Of a stretch of DNA of 64,000 nucleotides, positions 37,701-49,700 are shown one piece after another. This DNA comes from Mobula hypostoma (Eukaryota). Location: assembly GCF_963921235.1 (NCBI RefSeq), contig NC_086097.1:126048001-126112000 (forward strand), in the 5' to 3' direction. Numbering within the stretch: position 1 is the first letter of the stretch; each line of letters begins with the position of its first letter. Below the pieces are notes generated by a model that ran no database searches, had not been told where the DNA came from, and was given only the letters and a program-made list of their open reading frames with translations. Made by a program: the position numbers and the translations under genes.

Positions 37701-40700
37701 CTTGACAACATTTCTACTGTTTGTGACTGTCAACAACATAAACTTGTCACGTCACCTAGTATAAATGAAGACACTTTTAGGTGGAGTGGCATCTAAAAAA
37801 ACTGCCTTGCATCTATTCAAGCCTTCTTACTGACAATTATTGCCAAACTTCCTTATAAGTAATGTCTAAATAAATTGGCTCCTTGGGTAAAATAGTGATA
37901 TATTTTCCAAACATAATGCAGAGGTTTCAGTTTTTTAAATGTATAAATCAAGACATGATAACTTGTCTTTTACCAAGACATACAACGCTTTGGAAAACCT
38001 GAAATTATCTTATTCGGCAGGACCCAAAGGGGTTTTGGATGCACATATTTATCACAAAATATCAATGTTCACATGTAAAACATTAACATAAAAGGAAAAG
38101 CATCTTAAAAAAAGATGTTACTTGGTAAATGTTGAGGGCCTTGGGTGTATAAAGCATTATCTGGTAATGCTCAAGGAGGTGGGGTGGGGGAGGTGGGAGA
38201 GGAGAGAGGGGAGGCCGCCTAGAATGTGCTGCCCGGGGTGGTGGTAGAGGTAGATACATTTGGGACTTTTAATAGATGCTTAGACAGACACACCAATCTG
38301 AGGAAAATGGAGGGATACGGACTGAGTAGGCATAAGCTTCGTTAGCCATTTGATTGTGGGCCAAAGAGCCTGTTCATGTGCAGTATTCTATTTGTGCTTG
38401 TATTCAAATCAGATGGATATTTTAACGAATTTATGACCAAGTTTTAATTTAAGGTGATACAGATTAATTCCTAGACTAGTAACTCCCTGAACAATCAACA
38501 TTATAAATATATTAAAGATTTTACAATGATATATATTGCCTAATAGCAGTACAAGGAGGAAAAAAAACATTCTTGTTTCTGTTACAGAATATGCTAATGA
38601 ATATTTCAGCTAGCATTATACACTTACTTAGCACTGGGATGGTTACGTGCAATTTTCAGAAGTTCAGCCTCGTTATCACAACTCATGATATTTATTCCCT
38701 TTCTGGCTGCATACTTAATCTGGGAGACCTGCTTGCATGGGTTTATGTAGATGATATTGTCAGGTGTTACGCCCAAGCTTTGCACAAGTGTTATTTCATT
38801 CTGTGTGAGAAAATACACAAGATCTGAGTAAAGCATCGCTACTCGTTTAATTTAAAGAACATTTCAGAACTATGAAATAAAAGTGAACGCAAACTCAAAC
38901 TATAGCAACAGTCACCTTGTTTGCACAGGCAAAACCTGTTCCAAGAGCTGCCAGGACTTCAATTACAGATTGACTGCTGTTACACTTGACAGAGTAAAAT
39001 GGTTTCACGTGCGTCATCACGTTCTGCCATCGTATGTTTTTCTTCATAACATTCCCAAGATCAGCAACAAAAAAGGCATTCCTTTCAGTTTGCTAAAATT
39101 GATTATAAAAATATTAGTTTCAAATGAACTCTGTGGTAATATGGTTTCAGTTATCTTTTTAGCAGCAACAGTTACAGAAAGTAAAATTCTCCAAACCTTG
39201 ATTACTTTATATTTGGAGAAACTTGACCATAAACAAGATTATCACAACCAAATTTGATTGGCTTTTATAATCTACCTGAATCCTATCTGGCAATCCTCTT
39301 AAAATGAAGGTGTAAATGTCAAATTCTAGTAAAATCCTGTTTAACACTGGGACCATTCACAATTACCAACACTAATAAAGAATAAAGCGGGGAGGGTTAT
39401 GTAAAGACTTCTAACTTGGATACCTTTTACTTGGTTAGCCAGTTATTTTTTTGTGTATAGTGTGTTTAAATCAGACATGGAGACCAGTTTGTCTGAATCC
39501 TATTGTTCCCAATTTTCAATCTTCCAAAAATGACCAAGAACTGCATCTCTATATTATCTTTCTTTCACAAGAGAAAGTGAAAACAAAAATAATAGAGAAA
39601 TAACATTTGTTTAAAACTTCATCAATAAATGTCATGGGATACATAGTCAAATTAATTTCACAACAAAAAGTGGAATAATATATTCTTAGCTGAGCATGGA
39701 ACAAAATATTTAGCATATTTACATTAAATGGAAACGTCTGGATTTTGAGTCAAAGACAGGCCACTTGAGTTATGGAAATTCTATCTTACACCATTTTACA
39801 ACTACGACCCAAAGCTTTGAGACAGAGAATAAAATCTGCTCTTTTCAACTTGTGATATTTTGCTCATGCATATATGGCAGTATTTCACATTATGACAGTT
39901 TTCTAAGAAAATATTCTCCACTCCTGAGGGTATTTCTACCATTTTACATGCAAACAATTTCTCAGAAAAGCAGTTGTGGAACAAATTAGAATGCATCAAA
40001 TAAATATGACATTTTGGTGTCTTACAAAATTTACAAATTTTAAGTTTTCACAAATGATGTACAAAAACTTCAACATAGAAACAACAAATGGATTTAAATA
40101 ATTCTCTTAGCATGTATTTTTCCCTAATCAAACTACTATTTCTTTTTGGAAAGGAACTGCAAAGGGCAATTATATAGTAGTAAAGTCACAGATACTGTAC
40201 CATATTATTGAGGGGAGAGAGGGGATCACATTCTTAGAGAACAATTGATACCACAATTTTCAGAACTGCTGATTTCTTTTCCCTTTGAATCCCATGTTAT
40301 GTGGATATGAATTACTATAGAATGTTATTGTTTTAATATTAAGCCATTTTATTGGTGATGAGCAAGTGACCCAATTCTTTTATTCAACAGCCAAGTTCAA
40401 CATTAAACACTAAACACGAGACAAGGACTGTCAAACAGAAATAACAAATTTTGCAAAAATTTTAGTTTTAGTCACTCAATGCTATGAAGCAAAAAGATTT
40501 GGATATAAATAATTAATTTTCATTTATTTATTGAGATATAGTATGGAATAGGTCCTTCTGGACTTTCGAGCCACGCCACCCAGCAATCCCCCAATTTAAT
40601 CCTAGTCTAATCATGGGACAATTTACAGTGACAAATTAACCAACCAAATGGTTCGTCTTTGGACTGTGGGAGGAAACCAGAGCATCTGGAGAAAATCCAC

Positions 40701-43700
40701 AAAGTCACGGGGAGAATATACAAATTCCTTACAGACAGAGGCGAGATTGAACTTGGGTCGCATATACTGTAAAGCATTGTGCTAACCACTACGCTACCGT
40801 GCCATGTCACCATGTTGATTGGGTCAAAGTAAACATATTATCAAAGTACACATATGTTACTATATCCTACCTTGAGATTCATTTTCTTGTAGGCATTTAC
40901 AAGAAAGTAAAGAAATACAATAGAATTTATTAAAACTATATGCAAGTGAAGACTGACAAACAACCAATGTGCAAAAGAAGACACAAAGTACAATAAAAAA
41001 TATTGAGAACATGAGTTATAGAGTCCTTGAAAGTGCATCTATAGGTTGCGGAATCAGTTTACTGTTGTGGTGAGTGAAGTTATCCACAATGGTCCAGAAT
41101 AAGTCACACCTTCTCCAGTCCACGGACATGTGAACAGATATATTAGAGTACAGCGCTGCCACACATTTTATCTGCAAGACTCATGAATTAGGAAAGGATC
41201 TAGAAAATAGAGATATTTCAGGAAAGGGTATAGGGCTTACAGGAGAAAGCTGGTATAGGCATTTGGGGGAAGGGGTTAATAGGTTAAAGCATGGTGACTT
41301 AGTAGAAGTGATGTGAAGACCAATGGATTAAAGAGCTTTCCACGTCTACTATGGTTCCCCACAATACAGAGTATCAGGGAAAAATCCTCACTGATAAAGA
41401 GCTCAACAGCAATGCATTCAAATGTCTGAGCACAGGATGTGACAAAGTGACTTGACTGTAGCTGCCGATCCAACATCATATCCAAATCTTAATACCACAT
41501 AGTACTGACTACAATTGACAAAACTTGTTTCATATTTTGTATTTTTCTCCCCCAGCATGAATTCTGTAAGAACAAATTGCACAAAAATACTTAGAATAAA
41601 CCAAACAAAAGTTGAATTCATAATCATCTATTCCTCTCTAATCTACACCACCATAACCCTTTTTATAACACTGTGTTCACACTCTTTGCTGGAGTGACAG
41701 AACAATTTCTAAAACCTTATTGTCCCAGATTCAAATATTCATCCAACTTCCCCAGCCAATAAATCTGAGAAAGCATTCCATGTTCTACAGCTTTCCTCCA
41801 TTTTCTTTCCTCAGTGATTACCTTAACATTAACAACCCTTTTTTTTTCATATATTTTCTGGCTTTTATTCTGTTATGTGTTTATTTTAATTGAGTTATCT
41901 TTTTTTATTCTTTTACTGTTTTATAATCAGCTGATCTTTTTTATATTTACACTTTTTTTTAGGGAGCGTATACCGGAAGTCATGGGGGTAGTTTTAGTGC
42001 TTGCTTCTTTCGGGCTGGTCTGCGTTAGACTTAGCTTTCGGGACATGGGGTGGGGGGTGGTGGGAGGGGCTTCACTTTTTAGTTTCTTTCTTCTTGGGCT
42101 ATATACATTATTGAAGTATGGGTTGCGTTCTTCTTCCCGGTATCTCTTGTATGTTCTGTTCCCTCTCCGGGTTCGTGGGTCGAGCCTATCATCAATCCTC
42201 CTTGTTGTGGGTTGACTTTAGGGTTTATGGAGTCTATTATTAATTTTGTCTCCTGGAATACTAATGGTCTTAATCATCCTATTTAAAGGAAAAAAGTTTT
42301 TAAAGTGTTCCGGAGACTTAAAGCACAAATTTTATTCTTACAAGAGACCCATGTGCGGAGGGGGGACAGACTACGTTTTTTTAAATTCTGGAAGGAACAA
42401 CAGTTTCATTCGAACTCCAATGCTAAGATTTGAGGCGTCTCTATTTTTATAGACTCCTCAATTACTTTTATACAGCATGATATTATTTCTGATCCGAATG
42501 GTAGATTTCTATTGGTTAGTGGTTTACTATTTAATAAAAAAGTAGTTTTGGTTAATGTTTATGCTCCTAATATGGATTGTCCGGAATTTTATAAATCATA
42601 ATCTAATCAGTTTCCGAATTTGAATGAGTTTTCATTGATCTGGGGCGGAGATCTTAATAGCTGTTTGTCTCCAGCTTTGGACCGTTCGGCTCCTTTACAG
42701 ACCTTACCTAATAAATCTGCAACTTTGATTAATTCATTTCTTTCTGATTCTGGGTCGACGGACATTTGGTGCTTTTTGCATCCTCAGGAAAAAGATTTTT
42801 CTTTTTTTTCACATGTTCATCATTCCTATTCAAGAATTGATTATTTCTTTATTGATTCTCGTCTTATTCCCTCAGTGATTAAATGTGATTATGATTCTAT
42901 AACCATTTCGGATCATGCTCCACTTAAGCTTTCTATTAAAATTCTGGCCAATATACAAAATAATAGACAATGGCGTTTTAATTCGCTGTTGCTTCAGGAC
43001 TCGGACTTTGTTAACTTTATGAATGAACAGATTGATCTTTTTTTTACAATTAACCATACAGAGGATATTTCTGTTAACACTCTTTGGGATACTTTTAAAG
43101 CTTATATTCGTGGTCAGATTATCTCGTATTCTGCTGCTTTGAGGAAGAAGCAGAAGCAGGAGGAGTTGGTAATTGTGGACAAGATTAAGGAAATTGATAA
43201 GAAATATGTTATAGCTCCTTCTGAGGAGTTATATAAACAAAGAACTGAACTTCAAATGGAACACAGTTTATTACTCTTGTCCTCGATTGTAAACCAATTA
43301 AAGAAAACAAGAAGTGAATTTTATGTACATAGTGACAAAATTGGTAAACTGTTGGCTAATCAATTGAAGTCTAATTATGCTAAATCTCAAATTAATCAGA
43401 TTTATAACCAAAATGATCGACTAATACTTGATCATGTGGGGATTAATCAAACCTTCTGTGATTTTTACTCTTCCTTATATCAATCAGAGTCTCCTCGAGA
43501 TTCTAAATATATGAATGATTTTTTAGATAATTTAGACTTCCCTGAGATTTCACAGGATATGGCTTCTATGTTCGATACTCCTATTACCATGGATGAGATT
43601 AAGAATGTTATTTTCTCTATGAATTTGGGGAAAGCTCCTGGCCCTGATGGGTTTACCGTAGAATTTTATAAATGTTTTGCTCCTTCATTAATCCCTTGGC

Positions 43701-46700
43701 TCTGTAGGGTTTTTGAGGCTTCATCGAAACTTGGTAAACTTCCTGACTCTTTTAATAGAGCGTCAATCTCTTTAATATTAAAGAAGGATAAAGATCCTGC
43801 TCAATGTGCATCTTATAGACCAATATCTTTATTAAATGTTGATTCTAAAGTTTTTTCTAAGTTATTAGCAAATAGATTAGAAAAAGTACTTCCCTCTATT
43901 ATTTCGGAAGACCAAACGGGTTTTATTAAAGGTCGTTACTCTTTTTATAATATTCGTACACTGTTAAATATCGTTTATACTCCCTCACAAAATGTTCCTG
44001 AGTGTGTTATCTCTTTAGATGCCGAGAAAGCTTTTGATAGAGTAGAATGGCCTTATTTATTTAAGGTGCTTGAAAGGTTTAATTTCAGCTTGAAATTTAT
44101 ATCCTGGATTAAACTCTTATATTATTCTCCTGTGGCCTCGGTCCGTACTAACTCTTTAAGTTCACCTTTTTTCCCTCTTTTTCGAGGTACTCGACAAGGC
44201 TGTCCTCTTAGTCCCTTATTATTTGATATTGCATTAGAACCTCTTGCAATTGCCATTCGAGAATCTCCAAATATTACTGGGATAACTCGGGGCTTAAAGT
44301 CCCATAAATTATCACTCTATGCTGATGATTTACTTTTATATATTTCTAATCCTCAAAAATCCATCCCGGCTGTTTTAGAGTTATTGGCACAATTTGGTCT
44401 TCTTTCAGGTTATAAATTAAATCTTAGTAAGAGTGAACTCTTTCCGATTAATAAACAACTTCCCTTATATTATAAATTTCCATTTAAATTGATTAATAAT
44501 TATTTTTCATATCTTGGGATTAAAATTACTTGTAAATACAAAGATTTATTTAAGACTAACTTTTTACCATTAATAGACCATATTACTCAACTTTCATCTA
44601 AATGGCTTCCTTTATATATAACTTTGATTGGTCGTATTAACGCAGTTGTTTTTTTTGCCAAAATTTTTACATATATTTCAGGCATTACCAATCTTTGTTC
44701 CAAAATCTTTTTTTGACAAAGTTGACTCTAAAATTTCTTCATTTATTTGGCAGAATAAAAACCCGAGACTGGGTAAAATACATTTACAGAAAGCTAAGAG
44801 AGATGGAGGCTTAGCATTACCTAACTTTAGATTTTATTATTGGGCAATTAATATTCGACATATGAAATTCTGGTTACTGGACCAGGATATACTATCCATT
44901 CCTAAATGGGTAGTATTGGAATTACAATCTGTTCAGGGTTTTACACTTGGCTCTATTTTAGGTTCCTCTCTTCCTTTTGATTGGAAACGCCTTAAACAGG
45001 TGTCTAACCCGATAGTTAAATATACCTTGCGTATTTGGTTTCAATTCAGAAAATTTTTTGATCTTAATCAATTTGGGTTAGCGATTCCTATTTTAGGTAA
45101 CATATTTTTTCCTCCCTCTTTTACGGATCGTGCTTTTCAAATTTGGAAGACTAAGGGTATTTCACGGTTTTTGGATTTATTTTTAGATGGTTCCCTTATG
45201 TCTTTTGAACAATTATCTAATAAATATAACTTATCAAGAATACATTTTTTTAGATATTTACAAGTTAGAAATTTTCTAAGTACTATACTTTCTTCCTTTC
45301 CAATGCTTCCTCCTACATACATTTTTGATACTATAATCAACCTTAATCCATGTCAGAAAGGTGCATCGGCTATGATTTATAATATTATTATGAAACTTAG
45401 GAAAGCTCCATTTGATAAGATTAGGGCAGATTGGGAACAGGAATTGGGGTTTACCATTTCTGTGGATGACTGGGGGCAGATTTTACAATTAGTCAATACT
45501 TCCTCTATTTGTGCTAAACATTCCCTAATTCAATTTAAAGTTGTTCATAGAGCACATATGTCCAAAGATAAGTTAGCGCGCTTTTATTCTCATATTAATC
45601 CTTTTTGTGATAGATGTCCGGGGCAGATAACCTCTTTAACTCATATGTTTTGGTCTTGCCCTACTTTGGAAACTTTTTGGAGAGACATTTTTAATATTAT
45701 CTCCAAGGTATTGAATATAGATATCTCTCCTCACCCTATTACTGCTATCTTTGGACTACCTAAAATTTCCAGTAATCTCTCCCCTTCAGCCCGTAGAATG
45801 ATTGCATTTCTTACTTTAATGGCGAAAAGATGTATCTTACAACATTGGAAAGAGCTTAATGCTCCAACTACCTTTTTTTGGTTTTCTCAGACGATATTAT
45901 GCTTGAATTTGGAGAAAATTAGAAGCAATCTTTATGACTCCTCATTTAAATTTGAACAGACTTGGAGATCTTTTATTCAATATTTTCATTTAATGTAATA
46001 TATACCCTTCTTGTTTTTTTCACTGTTTTTAATGGAGGTCGGGATTGAGGACGTGATTTTAAGCTTAACTCTGTTTGGTTTCAAGTTAGCCCATTGCTTT
46101 GCGTTGCTTTTAGTTAGTTGCACGGTGGGTTTTTTTTGGGGGTTTTTTTCTTTTTCTCCATTGATATATATATATATATATATATAAAATTAGTATACTA
46201 TTATGTTACCTTGGTATGTTATGTTTAAATTACATTGTTTGTAGTATTTTTTTTGTATTAATATCTTCTGTAATTTTATTATATTCTAACAATGTATTAG
46301 TGTCTATATGGCTTACCTTTTTGTATACTTATTTAATAAAAAGATTTAAAAAGAAAGAACATTAACAACCCTTTTGAATCCTGAAATAGAAGTCTTGCTA
46401 ATTCACCTTACTTAATCCACAAAGATTATTCTTTAAAAATAAAATCTTTTACACATTTCCCTTGACTTCCACAACTCTGTATAATCACAAGTCTCTCCTC
46501 ATAGCTATAGTTCCTCTGATATGAATCAAACATTACTTGCAAAATCTCTGAACTGGTCCTTGCTTAGGCAGGAATTAATTCCAGCCACGACCAACCTCAC
46601 AAAGCACTTCCTCATAGTAGATATGACTGCTACAGGCGATACTCATTAAGGTAGCTTGCTGTATCCTTCTTGGGCACTGGTATGTTTGACGCTCTTTTGA

Positions 46701-49700
46701 AGCAGTTTGGAACCTTCAACTGCAGCACTGAGAGATTGAAGACCTCTGTGAACACTATTGTAAGCTTTCCTTGAATCCTAAAATATCTTTGTTCAATCAA
46801 AACTAGCACAAGTCAGAATATGTCAAGTTTAAATAAAAATACAGTTAAGGACAGAAGCTAAGATTAACAAATAGCAAAAAATTATATAACCACATCTGGT
46901 GACCAATTTAATCCACCCCTCTAATCCTTCGGGGTATTTGTAGAGGCTTTAAGTCACAGTCCCCCTTACTCTTCCCTGTCATCTATGTTATTTGTAGCCT
47001 TAGCTCTCAGGACTCCAACAAAATTAACATTTATCTGCAGGCTCTGATGTTCTTATGGTGACTGCAACATTTAAACAGTTAGCTCTGAACTCATGAGACT
47101 CACTCCAGGTCAAGCAACCCAAATATTCTAGCAAGGTTTCATTCATACTTATGTTTAAGTTACATTTAGAGCTTCTTTACGGTGCACAGTACATGGTTAA
47201 AACCACACAACTATTAATTTTATACCTAATTAAAGCCGCCAAATTAACCCAGAATAAAGTGGAGCACATTACTCATGTTGTGTGTAATCCTTCCACCCAA
47301 TTCACCAGCGTCTCCCATGCAAAACTATAGATAATATTAAGTCTGGCGATACTTTTCCAAAAATCTTCTGGGGTAGTCCATCTGGAATTGAGATGAAGTG
47401 ACTTTTAAATTCAAAGTAGGACACCATATACAACCCAGAGATTCATTTTGTTGCGAGCATAGTCAGTAAATCCAACAACCATAATATAGTACCATGAAAA
47501 AGTATTTAGACCCCACAACTATTTTCACATTTTACTGTCTCAGTTTCTAAATCTAAAATATATTGTAGTGGGATTTTTGAGCTAATCTACAAAGCATTGT
47601 GCATCGTGTCAAATCAAAAGAAAAATTCCAAAACCCGTCAACAATTATTGAGGCTGAAAAACTACTCAATACTGTATATTACCTTACCAACTTGCCCAAT
47701 TTGTTAATGTATTAAATTGGAAAGTCACTTGCTTTCAATGAATTCATAACAATAAATAAACCCTCTCTGTAAGGACCAACAGTATGGTAGATTTTCAACA
47801 GCCAAACCAAAATGAAGACAAAAGAGCACTCAAGGCAAGTCAGGGAAATGATAACAGAGAAGCACAAATCTGGGGAAGGACATAAGATCATCTTAAAGAC
47901 ACTGAACATACCTCAGAGTTCAGTGCAGGGTCCATTGTGAAAAAAGTGGAAAAGATATGAAACCACCACAGTGCCTAGGTCAGACCGCCCTTCTAAACTT
48001 GGTCGTTGGAGAAGAATGGTACTTGCAAGAAAAGTCACTGTGATGCCAACAGTCACACTTAATGAGCTGTAGAAGTTAATGGCTGCAACTGGAGATGAAG
48101 TTCATGGCTCCACAATCTCCAGCTTAAAAGAAAACACATCCCTGCTTGTCAAAACTTTGCAAAGCATCAATTAGAAGATACCATAAAGAAGTGGAAGAAG
48201 GTCTTATGGTCGGATAAGATGAAAGTGGCTCAACACTAAGCGGTACGTGTGGCGTAAATCTAATACTGCACATCAGTCAGGTAACACCATCCTTACGGTA
48301 AAGTACGGTGGAGGTACCATCATGCTGTGACAATGCTTTTCAGCAGCAGTGACTGGAAATCTGGTCAGGATTGATGAGAAGATAAATGCTGTTAAATACA
48401 GAGAGATCCTGGATAAAAACCTGCTAGCCCCTGCCAGAAAGTTTAAACTGGAGGAACTTCGTCGTTTTGCAGGACAACTACCCAAAGCACACCATCAGAT
48501 CAACCGTGGAGTGGCTTCAAATGAAAAAACTGTTGTCTTTGAGTGGCCTTGTCAGAGTCCTGACCTTAACCTGATCAAATGTCTCTGGCAAGATCTCAAG
48601 ATTCCTGACCGCTGCTACTCCACAACCAGCACAGTTTGAGCAATTTTGCACTGAGAACTGGGCAAATTTTGCTCCAATATGTTGTACAAAGCTAACAGAG
48701 ACTTATCCAAAAAGACTACTGGCTGTAATAGTTGTGAGAGGTAGCTCTACTAAATATGAGCAAAGGGGGATGAATACTTCTGAACTGCTGACATTTCAGT
48801 TTTTGAATTTGTATTTTTGGGCTCTACTGTGAAAAAAGGGAGCATGTGATTCACATATTAAAAATTCTCAGTTAAATTGATCTGAAACCCTGGTTGCAAT
48901 ACTCATTTATGTTGAATACTTTTACAAGGCACTGCAGAATCAATGAAAGATTGCACCCAACAGGGCAGACAACCAAAGTGCAAAATACAAAACAAAAAAA
49001 AGGTAATAATAAATAAACAAGCATTAAATATCGAAAACATGAGATGAAGAATCCTTAAAAGTGCGTCCCTAAGTTATGGGAACAGTTCAATAATGGGACA
49101 AGTGCAGTTGAGTGAAGTTATCCCCTCCGATTCAAGAACCTGAGGCTCCTGTATCTTTTTCCTGATTGCATAAGTGAGAAGAGAGCGTGACCTGAGTGTC
49201 CGAATGCATGTAGTGACTTGGAAATTCTCTAGCCTGGAGGGTCATGGAAGCCAAGTAATTTAGTTCACCTGAAACAAGATTTCTGAGTATTAGAGGAATC
49301 AAAGGGAAGTGGATAGTGCAGGTAGAAATCAGGCCAGATTTGGCACAACAAGCTTTAAGGTCCAGATCACCTACTCCTATGTATTAGTTGGAGAAAATAA
49401 GACAAATAGTGGATGTGTTTTGCCAAAGTTCAGTGAAGTAGATGTGTAATACCGACACTCACTGTTATCAGGAATGGTCCATTTAAAAGTTTGCTTTATT
49501 TTAGAAGTGATTTATTTTTAAGCTCTTTTGAGGAATGAATGTTGCACATATTCACAGCCATCCCACCTCTCCCGGAAGTTCCGGAGGTCTCCCGCATATT
49601 GATAGTGGCTCTCTGACACCTGGAAATTATATACAATGTCCCAGAAATCGATTTTTTTGAGCGGGAGAGGGAGAGTGAACATCCTGATTGGTCTCTCTTC

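Noticed and set aside
41814..42215. Hydrophobic 133-aa ORF as L1 ORF1 or a membrane protein
   Set aside because: It comes from the T-rich inter-ORF spacer and begins in flanking DNA outside the TSD.
42620..45998. Two host genes, or a novel RT system (698 aa and 456 aa ORFs)
   Set aside because: They are halves of one frameshifted L1 ORF2, bounded by a TSD.
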